This document shows positions 32,227-42,757 of a stretch of 64,000 nt of DNA, one piece after another (the first letter of the stretch is position 1; each line of letters begins with the position of its first letter). Both the position numbers and the translations under genes were made by a program. This DNA is from a virus, in the IMG/VR virus record IMGVR_UViG_3300021364_003460, positions 96,001 through 160,000 of that record; one strand, given 5' to 3'. Under the pieces are notes generated by a model. The model did no database searches and was not told the origin of the DNA. It worked only from the letters and a program-made list of their open reading frames with translations.

Positions 32227-35021
32227 ACAACTCCCTTCAGTTTCATAATATAAGGTACTACTTCAGCATTCTGACTACTAAACTCTATCTTTAAAGTTAA
32301 CTTAGTCCTGAGTATTCTAGAAGTATTACCATTGATATCTGTACTTACTGTAGTGGGGTCTAAATCCTTAACTACCCAAGTACCCTTACTCAAGGGAATA
32401 TTGCCATTTACTAACTCTACAGTATCCTCATCTAATTGAATAGCTTGCCAGGTTTCTCCAGCATTAGAGCTAAAGCTAACTGTAATATCAGTACCAGTAG
32501 GTTTATAATAGTCAAACTCTACTTCTACATTTCTATAACCTTTTTTGTAATCTATAGTTCTGCTAACCCAAGTCCCAGTCTTCTTATTCTCTTGAATAGT
32601 AAAGTCAGACTGATTTAGCAACACTATAGGGAACAAGTTAGTAGTCCCACTTAAAACTAACTTAATATCAACTTCACTTCTGTTACCTTCTATTGGCTGA
32701 CTAGAATTAAGAGATAACCAACTACCATTAACATTTCTATAAAAGTATTCTACTCTAGTTGCTTGAGGACAAATAGTTTTAATATTTCTATTAATAAAAT
32801 GAATGTTACCCAGAGGATTACTAATCTTGTAAACTACTTCACTATTGCTAACTGAAGGTACTGCTTGTACTAACTGAAATGTTAAGTCTTTAGATAAATC
32901 CCTTACCCATTGATTCTGTTGTTTAAATAATAGGTCTCCTGCAATTAAAGGCTGCAAATCAGATACAGAGGTAGAATTAATACTTCTTTGACCTGCTTGA
33001 GCATAATAGAATTCTAAAGGCTGCCCATTAGTTAGAGGAGCTATTACTAAAGCATACTGTCCTGTAGATGTTAAAGGTATTGGGATATCAAAGTTAATTG
33101 AACTAAACCTTGTACCATCTGAAGATAAGTTAACATCTACTAATTTTAGTATTCCTTGACCTAATGTCTCTCCAGTAGGTAAATCAGAATTAGCTTTTAC
33201 TACAGAAACCAAAGCTACATTAATATCAGGATTAGTAAACTGAGGTACTCTCCTTAAAGCCAAGTTTACTTTGCTCAACATTAACGGGGCTTCAACAGTA
33301 AAAGTTTGAGCAATACTAGAGTTGTAATCTAGTTTTGTTAACTCACCACCTTTATCTCTAAACAATACATTAGCTGACTGGTTACTGTTAGATACGGTAA
33401 TAGTGTATTGTTTGTAAGATAAGTTAGTTGGCACATTAAAAGTTAATCTAAAGCTGCCATCTTCACTAGCTTTAATAGTGTTAACATTAGTTCCTAAAGT
33501 TCCTTTAAGTAAGTTAAACTCAGTAATCTGAACATTACCAAATACTATTCTTAAATTATCTGCATTAGAGTTAAAACCATAACCCTCTAAAGTTACTAAA
33601 GTAGTTTCTAAAGTAGAAGTAATTACTACATTACTAGGAGTTTGTACTTCTAATTCATAAGAGCTAAAAGGTTCTAATTCTGCTAAAGATTGATATTCTT
33701 TAGTTAATGTATTAGGTCTACCATTAGGAGGATTAACTGTGATAGTAGCTTTAGATGTAGTATCAGTTAAACTAATAAAACCAGTAGCTCTATTTTGCTC
33801 TATTACTATATTCTCACTAAGAATAGGAGTAATAGTGTAAGGTAATCCATTCTTACTATTTACATCTATACCTGTAGAAAGTACCTGAGTCAAGTTACTA
33901 AAGTTAATAGTATTAGAAGTCAGCCCGTTTCTTAGCAAACCATATTTAGGAATTATAGAAGCATTGTAATCTATATTATTAATATCACTATTGTTTAGGT
34001 TAACAAAAGAGTCAGCTATAATACCTAACAAATTAGAATCTTCAAAAGTAAATTTATCTACAGATTGTTTGTTAAGTATATTCTCTAAATAGATTTCTTG
34101 GTTTAACTTATCTCTAGAAAGCAGTAACTTTAAATCTGAGTTAGTTACAGGTCTAGCTTTAGTAGACAGCACTTGAAGTTTACTATCTACTCTTTCTATT
34201 AATCCTAAGAATATAGAATTAAACTTAGAGGTAGGTGCAGCCTTTTCCAATATCAGTCCCCCATAATAAGTTAAATAAACAGAATATTGTACCGTGACTT
34301 CTCTATCTATCTTAAAAGAAGAGGGATAGTATAATTCCACTAATCTACCGTTTATATAGGCTTTCCCAACAGTAATGCTAACTGTATTAATAGAAGTAAT
34401 AGATAATTCTAATCCCTCAGCTACAAAGTCACCAACCTCTTCATATATTCTCTGAGCTAAATAATCAGTAATTAAGGAAGTAATATATTGATTACTATAT
34501 TGTAATGAGTAACCTTCCTCTTTATAGTAAAAAATATGAGGATAATTACTAATAGATTCTCCTTGAACTACAGCTATAGGAAAGCTATCTGCATTTAATA
34601 TAATTTCAGAACTAACTACCAATCTATCTGCTCCTAAGTCTCCACATAACTCACCTCCTGTTAGAGGATCTCTAAACTCAGTAACAGTAGTAAACTTAGG
34701 ATTAATTCCTACATAAGTTCTTTCTCCATATAAAGCTAAAAAAGTAATTTCAGGTATATCTACAAAGTAACCTTTATTCTCAATTCTAATAAACACTTGA
34801 CCTTTAGATAACTTCATTAAGTACCCTTCAGAAGTAAAACTATCTAAAGTAATCTCTAATCCTTTTATAATTCTATAGTTAGAAAATAAGTAATCAAAAG
34901 CTTGAGTGTGCTGGTAATTAATTAAAGATTGTATTTCATTAAACTCAGCAGCTTGAGACTTTTTATCAGGTCTAAATAATATTTTTTGCCAACTATTATC
35001 AAATCTATCAAAATAAGTCAT
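32220..35021 (-). CDS. DUF4815-type baseplate/tail structural protein (933 aa)
   Basis: N-terminal LFRPDKKSQAAEFNEIQS; VGKAYINGRLVE; C-terminal beta domain paralogous to the upstream gene. Confidence 0.75.
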   Translation of the reverse strand: MTYFDRFDNSWQKILFRPDKKSQAAEFNEIQSLINYQHTQAFDYLFSNYRIIKGLEITLDSFTSEGYLMKLSKGQVFIRIENKGYFVDIPEITFLALYGERTYVGINPKFTTVTEFRDPLTGGELCGDLGADRLVVSSEIILNADSFPIAVVQGESISNYPHIFYYKEEGYSLQYSNQYITSLITDYLAQRIYEEVGDFVAEGLELSITSINTVSITVGKAYINGRLVELYYPSSFKIDREVTVQYSVYLTYYGGLILEKAAPTSKFNSIFLGLIERVDSKLQVLSTKARPVTNSDLKLLLSRDKLNQEIYLENILNKQSVDKFTFEDSNLLGIIADSFVNLNNSDINNIDYNASIIPKYGLLRNGLTSNTINFSNLTQVLSTGIDVNSKNGLPYTITPILSENIVIEQNRATGFISLTDTTSKATITVNPPNGRPNTLTKEYQSLAELEPFSSYELEVQTPSNVVITSTLETTLVTLEGYGFNSNADNLRIVFGNVQITEFNLLKGTLGTNVNTIKASEDGSFRLTFNVPTNLSYKQYTITVSNSNQSANVLFRDKGGELTKLDYNSSIAQTFTVEAPLMLSKVNLALRRVPQFTNPDINVALVSVVKANSDLPTGETLGQGILKLVDVNLSSDGTRFSSINFDIPIPLTSTGQYALVIAPLTNGQPLEFYYAQAGQRSINSTSVSDLQPLIAGDLLFKQQNQWVRDLSKDLTFQLVQAVPSVSNSEVVYKISNPLGNIHFINRNIKTICPQATRVEYFYRNVNGSWLSLNSSQPIEGNRSEVDIKLVLSGTTNLFPIVLLNQSDFTIQENKKTGTWVSRTIDYKKGYRNVEVEFDYYKPTGTDITVSFSSNAGETWQAIQLDEDTVELVNGNIPLSKGTWVVKDLDPTTVSTDINGNTSRILRTKLTLKIEFSSQNAEVVPYIMKLKGVVY

Positions 35022-35028
35022 ATCTACC

Positions 35029-38000
35029 TCAAGCTACATAAGTTTTAATATTGAGTACATTAGGTTGAATAGCTAAATTATCTGTAGTAAACTCTACTCT
35101 CCATCTAAATCTATTTCTACCATCTCCATTACTCATATATAAAGTTTCATTAGATAGCTTCCAAGTAGCTTGCTTGATCTGTAAACCAGCATCTATAAAC
35201 TTATCAGTAGTAGTATCTTTAGTTAACTCAAACCATTCTTGCCCTTGAATAGGTAATCCCTCATTAGGGCTGTAGTAAGCTTTAATATCTGTTCCAGCAG
35301 GTTGTAAGTAATCTAAAGTCACGTACACATCTTTATATAATCTGTTGTAAGTAGTTTGATTAGAGATTATATGAGAACTAGCTAACCCTACGTACAAACT
35401 AACTGAAGATCCTTGAAGCACCAATGCAGGAGAAACATTATCTCTTAATGAAGACAACTTAGCTCTAATAGCTACATTAGTTACAGGGTTGTCCAAGCAT
35501 ACTAACCTATTAGAATCAAAGTTAATCCAAGTGTTAGTTCCAATAAGTTGATATTGGTATTGAAGGAAAGTATCTGAAGGAAGTATGTCCCTACTATTTA
35601 AACAGAAAGAAGTAACATAACTTAAATTATCTACTACACCATAGTTGCCTAAATCAACAATTACTTCATTAGCGATAGTAAAAGTAGCTTTTTGTAATTC
35701 ATAAGTTAAGTCTTCTCTTTCTAACCTATTGAGAGACTTACCCTCATTAGAATAGAATAATTCTCCTTCTAGATAAAGTTGGTCTCCTACTGATCCTCCA
35801 GTAAGTAAATCAGTACCAGCAACTTCAGCACTAAATATTTCATACCCGCTACCTTTAGAGTAAAGACTAATATTATAAAGTTTATTGGGGTTTATTAATA
35901 TAGGATAACTAAAAGTAAACTCAGTCCAGTTAGTGCCATCTGTAGAAGGTTGATACAGATTACTAAAAGCACTAGAGTAATAACTTCTATTAGGGGCTTT
36001 GTCTACTAAATCAGATTCACCCAAATTAACTATTAAGTCTTCATTTAGATCAATAGAATTTAACTTTAGTTTTACCTTAGTTAAATAACAATAATCATAT
36101 ACTTTAAAAGTCTGATAAATAGAGTCAAACAGTATAGGGAACTGTTGTTCTGTAGTTAAAGAAGTTAAACTGACATTAGGTAACGTACCTGGATTAACTA
36201 TACTACTGCTAAATTGAAAAGCTTGAGAATCATATTTACTAGACTTTAGTTTTAGTAAGAAAGAATCAGCTATAGGTTTATTAAATGAAATATCCCAATT
36301 CTCTAAAGCAGAAATAACTATCTGACTAAATAAGTTATTGTAGACTCCTATTTGAGTTTTAGCATAACCTTTACTGCCAGTTGGAGCTACTGATATAATT
36401 TCTAAGCTATGAGAACCAAAGACTAAATCAGTGGGTATATTAAAGCTAAAAGAAATAGTACCATCACTTTTACTTCTTATACTACCTGGATACTCTACTG
36501 ATAAAGGTGTACTGTCTAATAAAGTGTAGTTTCTTATCTCTGTCCCAGATAAGTATACTTTATAACCACCATTGTTAGGAGGTAATCCTTCTACTTTTAT
36601 CTTAATTAAGTTAGTATTAGATTTAACTAAGTTAGAAATATATCCAAGGAAACTAATTGTATTTTGAAATATATTTCCTACAGGAGTACCCTCTATAAAA
36701 GACTTATATAATTTCTCTCCAAAAGATTTAAATAATACTTGGTTGTTAGTAGATATTTTTTGAAGTATTAAAGGTTTATTTTCAGAAAGTCTAGTAAGTA
36801 GAGTAGTGGCTTTTGCTAATGGGTCACAAGAAGTAAACTTGCTAAAAGGTTTATTGTTAAATATTAATTCAGGATAAGCAGTAATTTTGGCTCTTTTATT
36901 AATATTTACTTGAGGAGAAACTGCTCTAGTTTTAGTTAATCTATTTTGAGATAATAGTACAGAGTTAGAGTAAGGTAATGTTACAAAGTAGTTGTCTCCA
37001 AACTCATTCTCACTTATTGTGCCTCCAGATACATATTTTAAGCTAACGTCTTTGTGGGTATAACCTCCAGTGAGTGATTGTATAGCAGGAGAGATAGCGC
37101 CTGTACTATTATCTAAATCTACTTTAGATAAGTCTTGAAGAGAAGTATTGTAGTAACCTATCGGAGTGACTTCATTATCAGCAGCATCTAATTGAGCAGC
37201 TACATCTAATCTTTGGTTTTCTAACTCACAAGTATTCTTTTTAACTAACTCTACAATACCTTGAATCTCTTCATTTCTTAGTATCTTACAATCAGAAGGA
37301 GTTACTTCAGTAGAGTTAGCATATAGTTTAAAAGTAGCTAATGGTAATAAATTAGTGGCTACAACAGGTAATTCAGCTACACCAGAAGAAGATAAAGTGT
37401 AGTTTAAATTACCTTCTTTATCTAAAGTTATTACCCCTACTTTAGAAAGATAATAAGTGTAGTCTACATAAAACCTCTGATTAGGAGCAGGAGTAGTATT
37501 AATAAATTCAATAGAGTCAGTGGCTTGATTTAGTTGATAATCAGTTCCTTTTGCTAAAGGTTGAGTATATAGAAAAGACACATAATAAGTGGTTCCAGCA
37601 GCAGGTTCATTAGCACTTACAGAACTAAGAGACCAATCTATTTCAGATTGATTAACTAATTGATAATCCACTCCCTCTACATAAGTAGTATCTCCTTGAA
37701 ATACTTTAACTATTCTAAATATAGAGTCATCTCCTAACTTGTCTGATGTTCCCGGAGTAACTCCCCTGACAATAGGTTTATTGTATTCAGCTAACTCAGC
37801 AGTAACATTAACTATATCTGCTACTGGTCTAAATCCTAGTTGATAAGAGTTAGAGCTGCCTGCTCCTGATAAATTAGCAGAATTAACATCTACTAATAAA
37901 ACTTCAGAGTCTCCTATAACTATATTATTTTCATCTCTTTCTTCAATAGTTATATTAAGTTCTATCTGATTAGCTACTTCATTTAAAGTTGTAGAAGTAA

Positions 38001-39429
38001 TCTCTAAAGCCGTACCCACTCTATCTATAACTAAGTTATTTTTAATAATAGTTCTTAATACTTCACTACTTAATATTACAGTAGTAGAGCTAATAACTAT
38101 AGAACTTAGAGCTTGGTTAATAGGTTTATTAATTTCTGTAGTTATAAAGTCAAGTAGACTCTCTACACTATCAAAATTACTATTCTCTAGAGCTAACTCA
38201 AGTTTGATATCTACAAATTGTTGGTTATATAAAAGTTTAGTAAACTCAATTGTTAGTAAAGTGTTTTGATTAACTACATCAGCCCATAAAGAGCTATCTT
38301 CTAAACTAAAAGTTCTTAAAGTAGTAGCTTGATCACCAGCATAAGTAAAAATGGCTCCATTGACTCTACTAACTTCTAGGCTTTTAGGTACTTCTAATAC
38401 TACTGGAGATAATATAGGAACTCTATAACCTTCTACATAAGCAACTCCAGGAGATATAGAAAAGTAAACTTTATCAGTAAGTAGACTCCTAGCACTAATT
38501 AAAGATTGTTCAGCTTTGTCTGAAATTAGTTTCTTACTTGTGTACAACCTAGATAACTCATTATATCTAGCTGTAATATCTTCTAATCTTGATTCTAAAT
38601 CTTGTAGTGCAATTAAATTAGAGTTAGTTGGAGTTCTATTGTAAAGTAAAGTAGTAGCTTGAACTTGAGAAGTTAAGTTATCTAAAGAAGCCTTAGCATT
38701 CAATACTTGGGAATAGACATCCTGAGTTTCATTAACTAAGTTAGCAGTATTTTCTTGTAGAGCATTATACTTAGCTACATCTGTAACTGCTCTTTCACTA
38801 GCTTCAATAACAGATATTTCTAAACCTCCAGGTAAACAAAAGTTGCCTGTTCTAGCATAAGTATAGTTAGCTAGTGATTCATCTATTTTAGAGTAAATGT
38901 TAGTTTCTTTTTGTATTAAACCTCCGTTGACTACTCTAGCTAAAGTAAAAGCAGAAGCATTGTCTATTACTAAAGTAGTATTCCAAATTAATCTAGCTGC
39001 ACCAGGTAATCCATATAAGGCTCCTCCTTTAACAGGATCTCTTAAGCTAGGTACTTCCTCTTCAGTAATAATAGAAGGAACAATAGATAAACCTATGTTA
39101 AACTCTCCAGTATTATTAACTGTAATAGTTTGTCCTGGTACATCTAGTACAATGCCATCTACATAAAACTTACCAGAAGACATAGTAAACTCACTCTCAT
39201 CTTCTGTTTTAGATAGCAATTCAAATTTGAGTCCATAGATAACAGAACCATTAGCAAACAAAGTATCAAGACCTTGTTTCATAAAATCCTGCATTAGTGA
39301 CTGCATTTCTATTAACTCAGCAGTTTGCAGAGGTCTTCCATGATTAAATAATAACTTTATCCAACCTGTCTCTCTTGTGTATCTATCTCTATAATCACCA
39401 GAATTAAAGTTATATAAATTAGTTGTCAT
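35029..39429 (-). CDS. DUF4815-type baseplate/tail structural protein (1466 aa)
   Basis: YRDRY...LLFNHGRPLQTAELIEMQS; GKFYVDG; ISPGVAYVEGYRV; repeated Y..GxDY beta modules. Confidence 0.8.
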   Translation of the reverse strand: MTTNLYNFNSGDYRDRYTRETGWIKLLFNHGRPLQTAELIEMQSLMQDFMKQGLDTLFANGSVIYGLKFELLSKTEDESEFTMSSGKFYVDGIVLDVPGQTITVNNTGEFNIGLSIVPSIITEEEVPSLRDPVKGGALYGLPGAARLIWNTTLVIDNASAFTLARVVNGGLIQKETNIYSKIDESLANYTYARTGNFCLPGGLEISVIEASERAVTDVAKYNALQENTANLVNETQDVYSQVLNAKASLDNLTSQVQATTLLYNRTPTNSNLIALQDLESRLEDITARYNELSRLYTSKKLISDKAEQSLISARSLLTDKVYFSISPGVAYVEGYRVPILSPVVLEVPKSLEVSRVNGAIFTYAGDQATTLRTFSLEDSSLWADVVNQNTLLTIEFTKLLYNQQFVDIKLELALENSNFDSVESLLDFITTEINKPINQALSSIVISSTTVILSSEVLRTIIKNNLVIDRVGTALEITSTTLNEVANQIELNITIEERDENNIVIGDSEVLLVDVNSANLSGAGSSNSYQLGFRPVADIVNVTAELAEYNKPIVRGVTPGTSDKLGDDSIFRIVKVFQGDTTYVEGVDYQLVNQSEIDWSLSSVSANEPAAGTTYYVSFLYTQPLAKGTDYQLNQATDSIEFINTTPAPNQRFYVDYTYYLSKVGVITLDKEGNLNYTLSSSGVAELPVVATNLLPLATFKLYANSTEVTPSDCKILRNEEIQGIVELVKKNTCELENQRLDVAAQLDAADNEVTPIGYYNTSLQDLSKVDLDNSTGAISPAIQSLTGGYTHKDVSLKYVSGGTISENEFGDNYFVTLPYSNSVLLSQNRLTKTRAVSPQVNINKRAKITAYPELIFNNKPFSKFTSCDPLAKATTLLTRLSENKPLILQKISTNNQVLFKSFGEKLYKSFIEGTPVGNIFQNTISFLGYISNLVKSNTNLIKIKVEGLPPNNGGYKVYLSGTEIRNYTLLDSTPLSVEYPGSIRSKSDGTISFSFNIPTDLVFGSHSLEIISVAPTGSKGYAKTQIGVYNNLFSQIVISALENWDISFNKPIADSFLLKLKSSKYDSQAFQFSSSIVNPGTLPNVSLTSLTTEQQFPILFDSIYQTFKVYDYCYLTKVKLKLNSIDLNEDLIVNLGESDLVDKAPNRSYYSSAFSNLYQPSTDGTNWTEFTFSYPILINPNKLYNISLYSKGSGYEIFSAEVAGTDLLTGGSVGDQLYLEGELFYSNEGKSLNRLEREDLTYELQKATFTIANEVIVDLGNYGVVDNLSYVTSFCLNSRDILPSDTFLQYQYQLIGTNTWINFDSNRLVCLDNPVTNVAIRAKLSSLRDNVSPALVLQGSSVSLYVGLASSHIISNQTTYNRLYKDVYVTLDYLQPAGTDIKAYYSPNEGLPIQGQEWFELTKDTTTDKFIDAGLQIKQATWKLSNETLYMSNGDGRNRFRWRVEFTTDNLAIQPNVLNIKTYVA

Positions 39430-39430
39430 A

Positions 39431-40009
39431 TTAAAGTTTTAATAATAGTTGGAATATAGAAGTTTTATCAAGTATGTCACTCTTAAATATGGGTGTAAAG
39501 TAAGAAGCCCAATACAAATTCCCTTGGGTTTCTACAGATGTAGGTAGATACCTAATTTGCCCTTCAGTATCAAAAGTAATATCTTTAAACAACCCTACTG
39601 CTCTAAAGTTTTCTATATTAGCAAAAGTCAAATCACTCTCTTCAATTAGTATTCTAAAGTAAAGATAATCTGGAGATATTGCTTCTAAAGTTTCTCTATT
39701 AGTAGTTTCTAAGTTAATAAGACTTAATTCTTCATTACCTATTACTTCACCACAACTTTCAAACTGAACATTACCACATTGACTTTTAGTTGCTAAAGTT
39801 TGAAATATAGGTTGTTTATATAATTTGATATCTGGGATAGTAGTTATAGTTTCTTCAGGAGCAGGAGGATTTTCTTCAGTTATATCAGTACCCCAACTAC
39901 TATCCCAAGCTGTATCTTTACCTATAGCAAAGAAGTAAGTTGAATTTACTAAGTACAGTAGTCTATCTACTTTACTAATAGTAGTATTTATATTTCTAAA
40001 TATTGCCAC
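39431..40009 (-). CDS. baseplate wedge protein, T4 gp8-like
   Basis: YFFAIGKDTAW...PPAP and FRAVGLF pattern; position among baseplate genes. Confidence 0.6.
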   Translation of the reverse strand: MAIFRNINTTISKVDRLLYLVNSTYFFAIGKDTAWDSSWGTDITEENPPAPEETITTIPDIKLYKQPIFQTLATKSQCGNVQFESCGEVIGNEELSLINLETTNRETLEAISPDYLYFRILIEESDLTFANIENFRAVGLFKDITFDTEGQIRYLPTSVETQGNLYWASYFTPIFKSDILDKTSIFQLLLKL

Positions 40010-41117
40010 GCTCTATATCCTCTATAATTTCTTTAGCTGTAATACCTGCTGATATTAAAGAATGCTGTCTTGGTCCATCATAAGCAGTAGCTAGTATACC
40101 TGATACATACCAGTTGGCATTAGGATAGTTAACTTTAAAAGTATCAGTAATATCTGGAAAATTAGCTATGTAAGAATTAGTATTTACTTCTACAGGTAAT
40201 GAACTTGAGTTAGGAATCAACCCAGTAACTAAACTAATATAGTCAATCTCTGCATTAATAACTTCAGAATAATCTCTTACTATTACTTTATTAAAGTTAG
40301 TATCTTTAAGTTTAGCTGCTATATAAGGAGTGATAGAAGGCTGCCATTGTTTAACTTTAAATAAGTAATCTAATCTGTCTTTATAAGTATTTAGACTTCT
40401 ATAATAACTACCTAATGCTGACTTAGTACCCCATTCTCTATAGTTAGGAGCAGGATACTGATTTACTTTAGGTTCTTTTTTAATAACCCAAGTCACCTCA
40501 CCTTTTAAGTCACTACTAAAATAATTAACTTGTTCAGCAGCACCTTGACCTGACCCTAACACTAACCATTTCTTATTAAAGTAATCTTCAGGTTTTTGTA
40601 ATACAGTATTTAATTTAACTAATTTATCTTTTAGATTAGTATTCTTAATCCAGTTAGGTATATTATCTTTACCTTTATATCCAGTGCAGAATACTACAGC
40701 ATCTCCTTTTATAAACTTACCATTAGCTAAATTAACAGTATTACCTTCTACAGAAACTACTGTTTGTTTAATTAACTTTATCTTTTTATTAATAAGATAA
40801 CTTAGTACCCATTCAAGATAGCTACAGAAATCCTTTCTCTTAACTTTAATATTACAAGATTCTATAGCTGCCTGACTGTTAGTAAAAGGTAAATTGTAAT
40901 CTAGATACTTACTCAGATTAAACTCTTGAAGCTCTTCTAAATAGGTTACTAAATCAAAAGTAAGTGGACTTCTCATTTCTAAATCTTCTATTAAGTAATC
41001 AGAAGTCCAAGTATGTAAAGGTAAAGGGTCTATTAAAGTAACTTTATGTCCTTTATATAAAGCATATAAAGTTACAGATAACCCCCTTGGTCCAGCTCCT
41101 ACAATAGCAATCTTCAT
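39996..41117 (-). CDS. FAD/NAD(P)H-dependent oxidoreductase, lysine/ornithine N-monooxygenase-like
   Basis: MKIAIVGAGPRG (FAD Rossmann), LEMRSP, FCTGY, second Rossmann LVLGSGQGAAE, YVSG...GP; overlaps both structural neighbours. Confidence 0.8.
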   Translation of the reverse strand: MKIAIVGAGPRGLSVTLYALYKGHKVTLIDPLPLHTWTSDYLIEDLEMRSPLTFDLVTYLEELQEFNLSKYLDYNLPFTNSQAAIESCNIKVKRKDFCSYLEWVLSYLINKKIKLIKQTVVSVEGNTVNLANGKFIKGDAVVFCTGYKGKDNIPNWIKNTNLKDKLVKLNTVLQKPEDYFNKKWLVLGSGQGAAEQVNYFSSDLKGEVTWVIKKEPKVNQYPAPNYREWGTKSALGSYYRSLNTYKDRLDYLFKVKQWQPSITPYIAAKLKDTNFNKVIVRDYSEVINAEIDYISLVTGLIPNSSSLPVEVNTNSYIANFPDITDTFKVNYPNANWYVSGILATAYDGPRQHSLISAGITAKEIIEDIERGNI

Positions 41118-42322
41118 ATAGAGTAAACTCCTATCTCATACTCTATTACAGTCCCATTACTATCTCCTATAACTTTAAACTTTTTATTAGCAGTATTTGT
41201 TATTGTAATAGTTTCCACATCTTTAGCTTTAAAGATATTGGTATCCCAAACAAAAGTGTATGGAGTTGTTCCTTGAATAAAGTTAAAAGTATAGTAACCA
41301 GACTGTAAGTTAGTTAAAGTAAATGAGGTAACATCTCCTATTAAAGTTAAATCATATATATTAGCTAAACTGGCATCTATAGTTACTGCTCCTGATATAT
41401 TCTGATTTACTCTAACATTACCTTGGAAACCAGTATACTGTTGACTCACATTAGTTTTAGCACTGTTTAGAAAAATGGTATCTACATAAGATTTAACTGC
41501 ATTCTGAGTAGGATATAAAGTATCAGAAGTACCTAAACTAACTAAAGTAGATTTATTACTAACATTCTCAGGAGTAAAAGCTAAAGTATTTTGTTTACTA
41601 TCTAAAGCTGTTTGGGTAGCGGTGCTAATTGGTTTATCTAAATCAGAAGTATTATCTACATTATTTAGATTAACATCTGCTTTATCTAATGTAACTGCTC
41701 CTACCTTACCTGACACAGAACTAACGGCTTGAGTTACAGGAGCAGGAATATTAAGTAAATCATTATAATCACCACTTACAGCTACTCCAGCAAAAGTAGG
41801 AATATTAATTAGATCATTGTAGTCTCCTGAGGTAGCTACAGTAGCTAAATCAGCAGAATCAACTTTATCTAGTAAACCAGGAACAGTAGGGTTATCAGCA
41901 GTACCAGCTAAATCACCAGCTAACTGAATAATACCTTTTAATAAAGAAGTAGCATCTGGAATAATAATATTAGTTGCATTATTTATAGCTGTATTTACAA
42001 AAGCTGTAGTTGCTAGTTTAGTAGTATTGTCTCCATTAGCAGGAGTAGGAGCAGTAGGAGTGCCTGTAAAAGTAGGTGAGGTTAAGTTAGCTTTTGATAT
42101 TAGACCTGGTACTGTTGGATTTAATGCAGTACCTCCTAAGTCACCTGTTAACCTAATACTTCCTAAAACACTAGAAGTAGCATTAGGTACAGTTGTAGTT
42201 ATATTACTTCTTTTAACTTTGTAGTTAATATAAGTTCCATTCTCTTCCCTTACAAAAGGGAACTCATCGTTGGCTTCTAATATAGTTTTTTCTTCTAATT
42301 GAGATATCTTTTTATCTGCCAT
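41114..42322 (-). CDS. tail fibre protein
   Basis: KANLTSPTFTGTPTAPT...TTKLATTAFV fibre repeat; duplicated P(D/N)ATS..G.I.L.GDL.GTA.NPTVPGL; VA.SGDYNDL twice; VSSVSGKVGAVTLDKADVNLNNVDNTSDLDKP repeat. Confidence 0.85.
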   Translation of the reverse strand: MADKKISQLEEKTILEANDEFPFVREENGTYINYKVKRSNITTTVPNATSSVLGSIRLTGDLGGTALNPTVPGLISKANLTSPTFTGTPTAPTPANGDNTTKLATTAFVNTAINNATNIIIPDATSLLKGIIQLAGDLAGTADNPTVPGLLDKVDSADLATVATSGDYNDLINIPTFAGVAVSGDYNDLLNIPAPVTQAVSSVSGKVGAVTLDKADVNLNNVDNTSDLDKPISTATQTALDSKQNTLAFTPENVSNKSTLVSLGTSDTLYPTQNAVKSYVDTIFLNSAKTNVSQQYTGFQGNVRVNQNISGAVTIDASLANIYDLTLIGDVTSFTLTNLQSGYYTFNFIQGTTPYTFVWDTNIFKAKDVETITITNTANKKFKVIGDSNGTVIEYEIGVYSI

Positions 42323-42323
42323 A

Positions 42324-42755
42324 TTATATTCTTTCTAAAACTAAAGTTAAAGTTAAATCTGTTGCTGCATTGGAGCTACTAATAGAAATAGTTAAATTGC
42401 TTCCACTTAAAACATTTAAACTAGGTGAGAAATTAGTATTTAATAAAGTAGTAGTAACTCCTATGTCTTGTCCTAATATACTTAACATACAAGTACCACT
42501 CTCAAGTATAGTAGTAGCTCTAGTTATATTAAAGCTATAAGGAGAGTTAAGTATAATGTTATGAGTTTTATCAATTAAACTTCCAGCAATAACTACAGTT
42601 AAAGGATCTGGATTAATTATTTGAGATTTAAGACTACTAAAATCTATAATCTTATTTCTATTTTCTAGTAAGACTTCTTCAGGGTCTACATAAGGGATAA
42701 TACTATTATTAGTTATAATATTATCAGAAATAAATTCACTTATCTTTCTACTCAT
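42324..42755 (-). CDS. tail fibre-associated protein (143 aa)
   Basis: N-terminus MSRKISEF...IIPYV parallels MADKKISQL...FPFV of the fibre gene. Confidence 0.55.
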   Translation of the reverse strand: MSRKISEFISDNIITNNSIIPYVDPEEVLLENRNKIIDFSSLKSQIINPDPLTVVIAGSLIDKTHNIILNSPYSFNITRATTILESGTCMLSILGQDIGVTTTLLNTNFSPSLNVLSGSNLTISISSSNAATDLTLTLVLERI

Positions 42756-42757
42756 AT

